DNA from: an uncultured Gammaproteobacteria bacterium
GTDB taxonomy: Bacteria > Patescibacteriota > Microgenomatia > UBA12405
DNA: 64,000 nucleotides
Direction of reading: 5' to 3'
Assembly: GCA_964448465.1 (NCBI GenBank)
Contig: CAYUVY010000001.1
Span: forward strand, 25,196 to 89,195
Shown: positions 50,008 through 59,378 of the stretch, piece by piece
Position numbering within the stretch: position 1 is the stretch's first letter
Layout: each line of letters opens with the position of its first letter
Made by a program: the position numbers and the translations under genes
Notes under the pieces: generated by a model
Told to the model about the DNA's origin: nothing
Seen by the model: only the letters and a program-made list of their open reading frames with translations
Databases searched by the model: none

Positions 50008-50013
50008 CTTTAT

Positions 50014-50019
50014 ATTCTA
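50014..50019 (-). promoter_or_regulatory. -10 box TAGAAT, 6 nt before ATG 50007
   Basis: Minus strand reads TAGAATataaagATG; lies inside the 5' end of the divergent GT4 gene. Confidence 0.5.
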
Positions 50020-50457
50020 TCCTATGTTTGTCTCATATTTTCCCCCCGGCTGTCGACGGTGGTTCCCAGATTATTTTCAACCTAGGTAAGCAACTAGAAA
50101 AACATGGTCACCAGGTCACCTATTTCGCAGGTCCAGGTCAGAGTACCGACGATTATCTAAACTCATTTTCTAGATATCTAAAATTTATCCCCATTCTTGG
50201 ACCTATTCTAAAAATCGGACCAATTTTCTCACCCCTAACTTTATTCAAACTAACCAGACTTAAGCCTCAAATTATCTTAGCTGGACCCTTACCCACCACC
50301 ATTGCCCTATATGCATATCTACTTAAGCTGCTAACTGGAGCCAAATTAATTCTTGTGCCTTGCTACCATCCTACTGATCCAAGTTTTAATAACCCAATCT
50401 TTACCTATATTCTCCGAAACTCCAATTTAGTGATAACTCTAACTAACTACGAAACTT

Positions 50458-50474
50458 ACTTCAAACTTCAAACT
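50458..50474 (+). repeat. 7-bp tandem repeat (ACTTCAA)x2 plus ACT
   Basis: acttcaa-acttcaa-act lies within the first frameshift interval of the broken GT4. Confidence 0.6.
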
Positions 50475-51053
50475 GTCAAGTTCTACCTCCTGGTATTAAT
50501 GCTGATTTGATACTAAAAAGTAAGCCTAGCTTTCCCAAAACTAAAAATGTTTTGTTTCTTGGTAATTTTGCCGCTCACAAACAAATAATCTTGCTAATTC
50601 AAGCTTTTTGTAAATTAAAAGCACCCTGTACTCTCACTATTGCGGGCAAAAAAACCTTGTATTATCCTGAAATTCAAAAATATCTCCACAACTTACCCAA
50701 ACCAATTCAAACCAAAATTACTTTCATCGACATGGGCTATAATCCTGATTTACTTGTTAACTTGTTAAACTCTTGTACTATCATGTGCCTTCCTTCTTCT
50801 CAAGAAAGCTTTGTATAGTTTTTGCCGAAGCTTGGGCCAGAGGTAAGCCAGTAGTGGGTACCGATATTCCCGCAGTTACCGAACTTTTCCAACAAACCAA
50901 AGGTGGCACAACCTTTAAAAATCTTGATTCCCAATCGCTAACTCAAACCCTAGAAAAACTATTAACAAACCCACAATTCTGCCAAAAACTTGGTCAAAAT
51001 GGTCATAAGTATGTACGACAACAACTCACTTGGGATAAAATTGGTAACCAACT

Positions 51054-51503
51054 ATGCGCTATTTTGCCATCCTTATTTTAATCTTAATCACCATTAGCCT
51101 AATTTACACCAGAAACAAACCTTCCAAACTGTCTACAATTAACCTAACTTTAGGCAATAATACTTATTCTATTGAACTGGCTAGTAGTCTTTTAGAAAAA
51201 ACTAAAGGTCTTGGTGGGCGCACCAGTCTCTGCTCCACCTGTGGCATGCTTTTTATCTATAATTCCGAGGGTGTCTATCCCTTTTGGATGAAAGATACTT
51301 TAATCCCCTTAGACATGCTTTGGCTCGATTCTAGTGGTAAAATTGTTGCGATTCATACTGCCCAACCCGAGCCAGGAGTCTCTGATTTTCAACTAAAAAA
51401 TTATTCTAACTCAACTCCCGCTAAATACGTTCTAGAAATTAATGCCCTCCAGTCACAAAAACTAAATCTACGAGTAGGGGACACAATACTCATAAAATTA
51501 TGA
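51054..51503 (+). CDS. DUF192 family membrane-anchored protein
   Basis: N-terminal TM, KGL..R, GMLF, FWMKDTLIPLD, YVLEIN, GD. Confidence 0.9.
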   Translation: MRYFAILILILITISLIYTRNKPSKLSTINLTLGNNTYSIELASSLLEKTKGLGGRTSLCSTCGMLFIYNSEGVYPFWMKDTLIPLDMLWLDSSGKIVAIHTAQPEPGVSDFQLKNYSNSTPAKYVLEINALQSQKLNLRVGDTILIKL

Positions 51504-52408
51504 CCGGTATTTCTGTCATTATTCCCAACTTAAACGGACAAAAATTTTTATCTGATTGTCTAAGTTCTATTCTTGTTGCTCAAAAAAATCTAGATCTAGA
51601 CTTACAAATTATTCTTGTGGACAATGGTTCTACCGACCAAAGTCTAGAAATTTTTGATCAACTTACCAAAAATTACCAAACCATAAAAATCCGCAACTCC
51701 AAAAATCTTGGCTTTGCCCAGGCTGTTAACCAGGGGATAGCTGCAAGTTCGTACGACTGGGTGCACGTCTGCAACAACGATTTAAAACTTCATCCCGAAT
51801 GGTATAAAAAATTATTACCTTATTTAAGACCAGAATATGCCTGTCTAGCTGGTACCGTTTTAAACCTAACAGGGAATGAATATGAAAGTACAGGTTTAAC
51901 TTTCTTTGATTATGGTAAATGCCAAAATATTAAAAATCACCAGAAGTTTGATAGAACAAAACTACCCAGCCAACCCGAGATAATCTGGGGGGCCAATGCA
52001 GCTTGCACACTCTATTACAAACCAGTTTTAAGACATTTAGGTGGCTTTGATGCACGTTTTTTTGCTTACGAAGAAGATGTGGATTTGGCTTATCGCTTGA
52101 ACCAGCAAAAATTTACAACTCTTTATGTTCCCCTAGCAATTTCTTACCATCTAGGTGGTGGAACCAGTAATAAAATGGGTATTTTTAGGCAAAAAATGGA
52201 TGCCAAAAACTGGTGGCTTTTAATCTTAAAAAATTATTCTCTTGCTAAAATTATCCAAAACCTCCCCAAACTTCTCCTAGAACGTTTTATTAACTTAGCC
52301 AGTCTATATCAAGCCATTATCAAAACCTATGGCTGGCGCTCGATTTACCTAATACCCATGCAAACCCTTTGGCTCAAGTTTTCTATACTATATAACCTGC
52401 TAAAATAA
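51500..52408 (+). CDS. GT2 family glycosyltransferase
   Basis: IIPNLNG, VDNGSTD, GFAQAVN, NND, GGFD..FAYEEDVD. Confidence 0.9.
   Translation: MTGISVIIPNLNGQKFLSDCLSSILVAQKNLDLDLQIILVDNGSTDQSLEIFDQLTKNYQTIKIRNSKNLGFAQAVNQGIAASSYDWVHVCNNDLKLHPEWYKKLLPYLRPEYACLAGTVLNLTGNEYESTGLTFFDYGKCQNIKNHQKFDRTKLPSQPEIIWGANAACTLYYKPVLRHLGGFDARFFAYEEDVDLAYRLNQQKFTTLYVPLAISYHLGGGTSNKMGIFRQKMDAKNWWLLILKNYSLAKIIQNLPKLLLERFINLASLYQAIIKTYGWRSIYLIPMQTLWLKFSILYNLLK
52398..52406 (+). promoter_or_regulatory. Extended -10 TGcTAAAAT, 6 nt before ATG 52413
   Basis: tgcTAAAATaaataaATG, overlapping the end of the upstream gene. Confidence 0.5.
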
Positions 52409-52412
52409 ATAA

Positions 52413-53525
52413 ATGATCATCGGCCTAGATATTTCTTCCATACCCTATGGCACTGGAGTTAGTAACTACACTCAAAATTTAGTCCTCAACCTTCTACAAA
52501 ACGACACCAAAAATACTTACAAACTATTTTTCTCTTCTTTGCGCCAAAACCTACCTGCAGATTTTCTCCAAGAACTAAAAAAATATAAAAACTACAAGTT
52601 ATATTTATACAGATTCCCACCTACCATCCTGTCTATTCTTTGGAACAAACTACATATTTTATCCATTGAACATTTAATTGGCCAATGTGACATTTTTCAT
52701 TGTAGCGACTGGACCCAACCCCCCACTCAACAAGCTAAAACCACAACCACTATTCACGACCTAACTCCCTTTATACAGCCAAACTGGCACCACCCATTGG
52801 TTGTCTCTACGCACCGTCAAAAAATGTCCCAAGCCATTAAACATTGCGACCACTATATTTGTGTTTCATATAACAGCCAAACTGATTTACACAAACTATT
52901 TCCACAAACTATCGACAAATCTAGTGTAATATACGAGGCTTGTGAAGATATTTATTCACCCAAATTAATCAAGACTTCCAAACATCCCTTTGGCAATGTT
53001 CCTTATTTTTTGGCCCAAGGTACTCGCGAGCCACGAAAAAATTTAACTCGTACCATCCAGGCTTTTGTCCGTTTTAAAAAAGAGAACCCTAATAATAAAT
53101 CTATTTTAGCCGTGGCAGGCAAATATGGCTGGGGAGAGGACTTAGAAATCCAGCAACCCCAGTTTATTAAAATACTTGGCTACGTTAGTGATGAATATTT
53201 ACAACAACTCCATGTTCATGCTTTAGCTTTAGTTTGTGTTTCTCTCTACGAAGGTTTTGGCCTACCCCTAGTCAAAAGTTTTGCCTGTGGAGTTCCAGTA
53301 ATTACCGGCAACCTGTCTTCACTTCCCGAAATCACCAAAGATGCAGGCCTTATCGTCAACCCATATTCTACCGAAGCCATTAAGACTGCTTTTGTAAACA
53401 TCTCCAAAACCAAAACCAGAGAGGACTTGGCCAAAAAAGCCCTACTCAGAGCCAAAGATTTTAGCTGGCAGACAACCGCCTTAAAAACGCTTAAACTATA
53501 CCAACAACTATGCGCATCGGAATAG
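52413..53525 (+). CDS. GT4 family glycosyltransferase (MtfB/WbpY-like)
   Basis: TGVSNY, TIHD, GTREPRKN, YEGFGLP, FSWQ. Confidence 0.92.
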   Translation: MIIGLDISSIPYGTGVSNYTQNLVLNLLQNDTKNTYKLFFSSLRQNLPADFLQELKKYKNYKLYLYRFPPTILSILWNKLHILSIEHLIGQCDIFHCSDWTQPPTQQAKTTTTIHDLTPFIQPNWHHPLVVSTHRQKMSQAIKHCDHYICVSYNSQTDLHKLFPQTIDKSSVIYEACEDIYSPKLIKTSKHPFGNVPYFLAQGTREPRKNLTRTIQAFVRFKKENPNNKSILAVAGKYGWGEDLEIQQPQFIKILGYVSDEYLQQLHVHALALVCVSLYEGFGLPLVKSFACGVPVITGNLSSLPEITKDAGLIVNPYSTEAIKTAFVNISKTKTREDLAKKALLRAKDFSWQTTALKTLKLYQQLCASE

Positions 53526-54577
53526 ACGGCAACGAAGCCAACATTTCTCAAAAAGTAGGTGTTGGCTTGTTTGCTTACCAACTTTTGTTGCAGCTTTACC
53601 ACCAAAAAACCGATAATCAGTATTTTATTTTTCTCAAGTCAACTCCAGGCAAAGATCTGCCTCCCGAAAAAGCTAACTGGCATTATCTAGTCTTTGGGCC
53701 CCAAAAACTATGGACACGCTTTGCCCTACCCTTCAAGCTCTATTTTGGTTCACCCAGACTTGATTTATTTTTTTCTCCCAGTCATTACACTCCGCTTTTT
53801 TGTCCTGTTCCCAAGCTAGCCGCCATTATGGACTTGGGGTATCTGGACACGCCAGAACAATTTACTAAAAAGGACTACTACCAACTTACCCAGTGGACTA
53901 AAGAGTCTATAAAAACTTGTGCCCATCTAATTGCTATTTCCGAGTTTACCAAACAAGAAATTATCACTCGTTTTCACTATAACCCAAATAAAATAACCGT
54001 GGTTTACCCTAGCGTTACTCCACCAAATAAAATCAATAAAAACCTAATTTCTAAGTGGAATTTACAAAACACGCCCTATTTTCTCTATTTGGGCACTCTC
54101 AAACCGAGTAAAAATATTCCTTTCTTAATTAACACTTTTTCACAATATAATGGTCTAGAAAAATTAGTTATCGCCGGTAAAAAAGGCTGGCTTTACAACA
54201 GTATCTTTGAGCTTGTTAAATCCTTAAAGCTTGAAAACAAAATTGTCTTTACTGACTATATAACTGAACCCGAAAAATGGGCTTTATTAAAACAGGCCAA
54301 GGCTCTATGTATACCTTCGCTTTACGAAGGTTTTGGCATACCAGCCCTCGAAGCACTATTAATAGGTACACCGGTAATTGCAAGTTTTTGTGGATCCTTA
54401 CCTGAAATAGTTGGGTCTTGTGGCCATTTACTGGATTCTAACGATACCCAATCCTGGCTTTTAGCCTTAAAACAACCTCAAAGAGTTTTGGCCCCAGATA
54501 TCGGCAAATTGAACCTAAAGTTTGGCTGGCCAGACAACCTAATTCGCTTAAAAACTGCCTTTTTGAAAGTTATTTAG
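53510..54577 (+). CDS. GT4 family glycosyltransferase (MtfB/WbpY-like)
   Basis: MRIGIDG, VGVG, GTLKPSKN, YEGFGIPALEA. Confidence 0.92.
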   Translation: MRIGIDGNEANISQKVGVGLFAYQLLLQLYHQKTDNQYFIFLKSTPGKDLPPEKANWHYLVFGPQKLWTRFALPFKLYFGSPRLDLFFSPSHYTPLFCPVPKLAAIMDLGYLDTPEQFTKKDYYQLTQWTKESIKTCAHLIAISEFTKQEIITRFHYNPNKITVVYPSVTPPNKINKNLISKWNLQNTPYFLYLGTLKPSKNIPFLINTFSQYNGLEKLVIAGKKGWLYNSIFELVKSLKLENKIVFTDYITEPEKWALLKQAKALCIPSLYEGFGIPALEALLIGTPVIASFCGSLPEIVGSCGHLLDSNDTQSWLLALKQPQRVLAPDIGKLNLKFGWPDNLIRLKTAFLKVI

Positions 54578-54578
54578 G

Positions 54579-54584
54579 TATAAT
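54579..54584 (+). promoter_or_regulatory. -10 box TATAAT, 5 nt before ATG 54590
   Basis: ggTATAATtaagcATG fills the 12-bp gap. Confidence 0.62.
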
Positions 54585-54589
54585 TAAGC

Positions 54590-55186
54590 ATGTTTACAGA
54601 TAAAGATGGTAAATCACTCCCTTTAGACACTGCTGTAATGAAAATTTTCAACCGTTTTGCTACGTATTTTCTGGAATTTGAACTTATGCTTTTGCGCTGG
54701 ACTGGCAATATACCCTCCCACTTATTCCGTCGCCTTATTTACCAGCTTGCCGGTATGAACCTTACAACGTCTACCACCATTCACATGTGGGCCAACTTCT
54801 TTCAACCCCGAGGTATCACCATAGGGCAAGACTCTGTTATTGGTGATCATTGTTTTTTAGATGGTCGCGCCCCGCTTAATATTGGTAATCACGTAGATAT
54901 TGCCTCTCAAGTTCTCATCTACAACGATGAACACGATGTTCATTCCGAGACTTTTACCAATCACTTTGGTCCTGTCACTATTCACGATTATGTTTTTATC
55001 GGACCACGCGCCATAATTTTACCTGAAGTCACTATCGGCAGGGGAGCCGTAGTTGCAGCTGGGGCTGTAGTCACCAAAGATATACCAGAATTTGAAATTT
55101 GGGGTGGTGTGCCAGCCAAAAAAATAGGAGAGAGAACCAACAAAAATCCACATTACCGCCTGGGTCGAGTCATGCTCTTTCAATAA
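54590..55186 (+). CDS. Hexapeptide-repeat (LbH) O-acetyltransferase
   Basis: IGQD/IGNH/IHDY repeats, AVVAAGAVVTKD, GGVPAK. Confidence 0.9.
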   Translation: MFTDKDGKSLPLDTAVMKIFNRFATYFLEFELMLLRWTGNIPSHLFRRLIYQLAGMNLTTSTTIHMWANFFQPRGITIGQDSVIGDHCFLDGRAPLNIGNHVDIASQVLIYNDEHDVHSETFTNHFGPVTIHDYVFIGPRAIILPEVTIGRGAVVAAGAVVTKDIPEFEIWGGVPAKKIGERTNKNPHYRLGRVMLFQ

Positions 55187-55187
55187 C

Positions 55188-55724
55188 ATGTTAGTCAAAA
55201 ACATCCTAAAAATAGGTATAATCGCATTTAATCTGGCAGCTTTTGTTTATTTTCTTATTCCCTTTCCAAATTTACCCGATCTGCCCAATTCTCTGCGTTC
55301 AGTCGAACCAGGTGATACTATCCAACTTAAAAATGTCAAAGCTTACTACACCAATTCCAACCGTAATGCCGTCACAGGTTTTTACCTAAAAAACACCCCT
55401 CACCCCTTTATTTACAAAATCAACCACCCACCCGAGTACGCACGACAAGTTATCAAGGCTACTACTCAAACTTATTACCTAGAAGAATATGTTTTACCTT
55501 TTAAAGGTTCCTTCTTTGTCAATGGCTACGAATGGAAAAATGATGTTTTTACTAAACCCGATGCTCGCGGTCAAAACAAACTCCTGGTGGGTACTCAACT
55601 TTTTGACGCCAAGATAACCCTTAAGTGGATACCTGCCATTTTTCCAATAAATTACTTTATTTTTTTATTAACCCAAGTCTTAATATTTTTCGCGCTTAAA
55701 AAAATCCCTGCCATATTTAAATGA
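55188..55724 (+). CDS. Hypothetical membrane protein (TM - soluble domain - TM)
   Basis: Hydrophobic N- and C-termini; EPGDT and NHPPE in the loop; coupled to both neighbours. Confidence 0.7.
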   Translation: MLVKNILKIGIIAFNLAAFVYFLIPFPNLPDLPNSLRSVEPGDTIQLKNVKAYYTNSNRNAVTGFYLKNTPHPFIYKINHPPEYARQVIKATTQTYYLEEYVLPFKGSFFVNGYEWKNDVFTKPDARGQNKLLVGTQLFDAKITLKWIPAIFPINYFIFLLTQVLIFFALKKIPAIFK

Positions 55725-56611
55725 AACCAGTCTTAAGCATTATTATCGTTTCCTACAACACCTCCAAGTTAACTCTGGCTTGTCTTAAATCAATACTCGC
55801 CGACAAGGGTTTGCTTTTTGGAGCCAAGTCCAAAGTTGAAACCAGTATTCCCACCGAAATTATAGTAGTCGACAATGCTTCAAAGGACGACACCATAAAA
55901 AAATTATTGAACTTTCCACAAATAAAAATATTAAAAAACAAAACAAACCTTGGCTTTGGTCCAGCCAATAACCAAGGCCTAAAAGCTAGTAGTGGAGAAT
56001 ATATCTTGTTTCTCAATAGCGATACTTTAATTAATAATTCTGCCATCAGCCAATCCTTAACCTATTTTTGCACCCATCCAGAACTGGCCTGTCTTACTAC
56101 CCAACTTTTAAATTCCGACGGAAGCATTCAGGAGTGTGGAGGGTACTTCCCCAACCTACTAAACACTTTTACTTGGTGCTCCCACATGGATGACCTGCCT
56201 TGGATTAACAAGTTTATCCCAGCCATTCATCCCCACACTCCCAACTTTTATCTTCACGATGATTTTTACAAACATGACCAATATCTAGATTGGGTCAAAG
56301 GTGCCTACTTTTTAACTCGCAAAACAATTCTAGACAAAGTTGGCGGTTTTGACCCAAAGATATTTATGTATGCCGAAGACATAGACTTAAGCTATCGCAT
56401 CAAAAATCAATTTCCAAACTTAAAAAATTATCTTTATTCCACCGCCAAAGTCACCCACCTTGGGGGTGGCTCGGCAAAAGTTAACAGTACAAAGTTAAAT
56501 AAAGAGCGAGAGGGTATTAAATATTTTTATAAAAAACATCAACCCAACCAACTTCCAATAATCCAATTATTATTAGTCATTAACCAAATTCTTGGTATAT
56601 TTTTTAAATGA
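55721..56611 (+). CDS. GT2 family glycosyltransferase (WbbL-like)
   Basis: IIVSYN, VDNASKD, GFGPANN, FLNSD, FMYAED. Confidence 0.9.
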   Translation: MKPVLSIIIVSYNTSKLTLACLKSILADKGLLFGAKSKVETSIPTEIIVVDNASKDDTIKKLLNFPQIKILKNKTNLGFGPANNQGLKASSGEYILFLNSDTLINNSAISQSLTYFCTHPELACLTTQLLNSDGSIQECGGYFPNLLNTFTWCSHMDDLPWINKFIPAIHPHTPNFYLHDDFYKHDQYLDWVKGAYFLTRKTILDKVGGFDPKIFMYAEDIDLSYRIKNQFPNLKNYLYSTAKVTHLGGGSAKVNSTKLNKEREGIKYFYKKHQPNQLPIIQLLLVINQILGIFFK

Positions 56612-58020
56612 ATATTTTTCGTGTTTTAGTCTCCATCTTGCTAATTTTTATTCCACTTTATCCTAAGTTTCCACTTTTTGACGCCTTAAATACTTATGTT
56701 AACTTTCGTTTAGACGATGTTTTAGTTGGTATTTCTGTCTTAATTTGGTTTATCTTTCAATTAAAACACAACTTTCCTGTGTTAAAAGAAAAAATAAGTT
56801 GGCTTTTTATCTTATTTTTTGCTTCTCTGGGGCTCAGTTTTCTTTCCGGAGTTTTTATCCATCAAACCAATTTTAATAATATTTATCTCCTGCACACTCT
56901 GCGAAAAATTGAATACATCAGTCTCTTTTTCATTACTATCCAAGGTATTCGTACCAAGCAGGACTTTAAATATCTCTATTTATTCACTTGTTTAGCTGCG
57001 GTCTTGGTTAACGTATACGGTGTTGGTCAAAAATATTACAACTTTCCGGTAGTCTCTACTATGAACGAGGAGTTCTCTAAAGGGATACTTTTAACCATTT
57101 CTGCTTGGACTCGCATTAGTTCCACTTTTGCCGGTCACTACGATCTGGCCATTTATGCCTCCGTAGTTTTGATCATCATTGGTGGAACCATGTTTTTTAT
57201 CCCCAAAAAATGGCTGATTTTGACTATCCCCACTTGGCTCTCTACCTATTATGTCCTAACCCTCACCGCCTCCAGAGTCTCTATCTTTGCACTCTTGGGT
57301 GGATTTACCTTATGTTTAATATTTCTACGTAAATATTTTTGGCTTATTCCCCTTTGGATTTTGGTTATTTTAAGTATACGAACATCGGATGACCTAAGTC
57401 ACCGTCTTGCTGCAACCTTTACCCTTGTTAAATTACCAAAAATTACTATCTTTCAGACCAGGCCAAAATCAACTCCTATCCCAACACCTGTTGTGCTTCC
57501 AACCCCAGCTCCAATTGCCGTTGCTCCTATTGTCACCAAACCAAAACCCATTATCCTAGCCACTCCCACACCGCTTGCCACCCCTGTAAGAGCCAGGCCG
57601 ACCGAAGGCTATCCACCTGTGGACTTAGATGCTGGCGTAGCCAGATCAGGCGAAATACGTTTCAACGTAGAATGGCCAAGAGCCATTAATGCCTTTCTCA
57701 TAAGTCCCCTGATTGGTAATTCTCCGGGATCTATGGGCCTAGCAACCGACAACGAATACTTGCGTCTGGCTGGTGAAATTGGCCTCATTGGTTCTTTTCT
57801 TTTTTACTCCATACTTGCCTGGTTTGTTTACCAAACTTTTTTGACTTCTCAAAAACATAATAAATATAAATACATCTTTTTTTGTGCCATGCTTACAATG
57901 TTAATAAACGCCATTTTTATTGATGCTTTTTCTGCCTCTAAAACAGCCTACCTCTTCTGGATTATGATGGCAGCTTATTATCAATGTCTAAAACTATGGG
58001 AAAATTCCAAACAATTCTAG
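56608..58020 (+). CDS. O-antigen ligase/polymerase-like (WaaL/Wzy_C) membrane protein with a Pro/Thr-rich loop
   Basis: PLYPKFP, RISSTF, LTASR, R...W..A, PLIG, DNEY..GEIGLIG; about 12 TMs. Confidence 0.75.
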   Translation: MNIFRVLVSILLIFIPLYPKFPLFDALNTYVNFRLDDVLVGISVLIWFIFQLKHNFPVLKEKISWLFILFFASLGLSFLSGVFIHQTNFNNIYLLHTLRKIEYISLFFITIQGIRTKQDFKYLYLFTCLAAVLVNVYGVGQKYYNFPVVSTMNEEFSKGILLTISAWTRISSTFAGHYDLAIYASVVLIIIGGTMFFIPKKWLILTIPTWLSTYYVLTLTASRVSIFALLGGFTLCLIFLRKYFWLIPLWILVILSIRTSDDLSHRLAATFTLVKLPKITIFQTRPKSTPIPTPVVLPTPAPIAVAPIVTKPKPIILATPTPLATPVRARPTEGYPPVDLDAGVARSGEIRFNVEWPRAINAFLISPLIGNSPGSMGLATDNEYLRLAGEIGLIGSFLFYSILAWFVYQTFLTSQKHNKYKYIFFCAMLTMLINAIFIDAFSASKTAYLFWIMMAAYYQCLKLWENSKQF

Positions 58021-59378
58021 TAACAATACTTCTCATTCTCGGTTTCCTCGTTCGTCTATATCGAATTGATCAACCAGTGGCCGACTGGCATTCCTTTCGT
58101 CAAGCTGACACTGCCTCGGTCACTAAAAACATTTATCTTGGCAAAGGCACAATCCTTGTTCCCACTTATCACGATTTTGGTGATGTGGCTTCAGGTAAAT
58201 GGAACCCCAAAGGCTATCGTATGGTGGAATTTCCCATCTACAACCAAATATCTGCAACCTTAGCCAAAGCTCTACCGTTCTTTAGTTTGGATAAAACTTC
58301 CAGACTAGTTAATATTAGCTTTTGGATCATTGCTAGTCTCTGCGCTTGGCTTCTCTTTAAGTCCAAATTTGGAGCTACCTCGGCTTTTTTTGGCTTAGTC
58401 GCATACTTGTTTTTACCCTACGGTATCTATTACAGTCGCGTAATCTTACCCGACCCTTTTGCTTTAAGTATGATGGTCATCAGTATCTATCTATACAGCC
58501 GTGATCAGAAAATATTTTCCTCCATATTTTTTATTTTTAGTCTTCTTGCCAAACCCTATGTCATTCTTATTTCACTTCCGCTTTTTTTCTTTTTTGCCAA
58601 AGACAGAAATATCTTCAAATTAGGTTTTTTTGCTTTTATTTCTTGTTTGCCACTACTTGCTTGGCGTGTCTGGATCCTTCAGTTCCCCACTGGAGTTGCT
58701 AGCTACGACTGGCTCCTAAATGGCGGCGGTATTCGCTTTAGACCCAGTTGGTTTCGTTGGTTATTTTATGAACGACTAGGGCTATTAATCACCGGTGCTA
58801 TCCCAGCAGCCCTGCTATATCTAGGCTTACTAAAAAAACCTCTTGGGTCGCTATTAGCTTGGTCTGGGATCTTGGTCTATTTTTCCATTATCGCTCGTGG
58901 CAATGTTCAACATGATTACTATCAAGTTTTAGTATTTTTTAGTCTATGTTTTTTACTTGCTTCTTCATTTTCTGTTCTTACTACCGTACTACCGTACTAC
59001 AGTTCTAAAGTTCTATTATTCTTTTTGTTACTCGCCGGTATTGCTTTTAGTTGGTATAACATTAAAGGCTACTATCAAATTAACAACTCCCAAATGATTC
59101 AAGTGGCCGAGCAACTACGCACGCTAATTCCCTCAAATTCCATTCTTATTGCTCCCTATAATGGAGACACTGCGTATCTTTATCACGCAGGTTTTGACGG
59201 TTACCCCATCGAAATTTACAATTTTCCACAAATAATTGCCAGTCACCCGGGGTTACCTATATATCTTGCCTCCTTATCTAAAGATAACTACACCCATATC
59301 ATGCAAAAACAATTTAAGACCATCAAAGAAACGGACCAGCTAGTTCTTCTAGATATTCGCCAAACACTATCTCCATGA
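57984..59378 (+). CDS. GT-C fold membrane glycosyltransferase (ArnT/PMT_2-like)
   Basis: WHSFRQADT, EFPIY, YSRVILPD, AKP, HDYYQ. Alternative start at 57996. Confidence 0.78.
   Translation: MSKTMGKFQTILVTILLILGFLVRLYRIDQPVADWHSFRQADTASVTKNIYLGKGTILVPTYHDFGDVASGKWNPKGYRMVEFPIYNQISATLAKALPFFSLDKTSRLVNISFWIIASLCAWLLFKSKFGATSAFFGLVAYLFLPYGIYYSRVILPDPFALSMMVISIYLYSRDQKIFSSIFFIFSLLAKPYVILISLPLFFFFAKDRNIFKLGFFAFISCLPLLAWRVWILQFPTGVASYDWLLNGGGIRFRPSWFRWLFYERLGLLITGAIPAALLYLGLLKKPLGSLLAWSGILVYFSIIARGNVQHDYYQVLVFFSLCFLLASSFSVLTTVLPYYSSKVLLFFLLLAGIAFSWYNIKGYYQINNSQMIQVAEQLRTLIPSNSILIAPYNGDTAYLYHAGFDGYPIEIYNFPQIIASHPGLPIYLASLSKDNYTHIMQKQFKTIKETDQLVLLDIRQTLSP

Larger units (their letters stand above)
49998..51081 (+). 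pseudogene. GT4 glycosyltransferase split into three ORFs by two -1 frameshifts (pseudogene, phase variant or sequencing error)
   Basis: FPPAVDGG in ORF1; VLPPGIN and LFLGN..HK in the second frame; QESF|IVFAEAWARGKPV across the junction at 50813. Joined length is about 360 aa. Confidence 0.8.

Noticed and set aside
50024-50089. Alternative leaderless start ATG 50024 (TATTCT 5 nt upstream) for the broken GT4
   Set aside because: It is out of frame and stops after 21 codons; the 49998 frame already gives a normal GT4 N-terminus (ILCLSHIFPPAVDGG).
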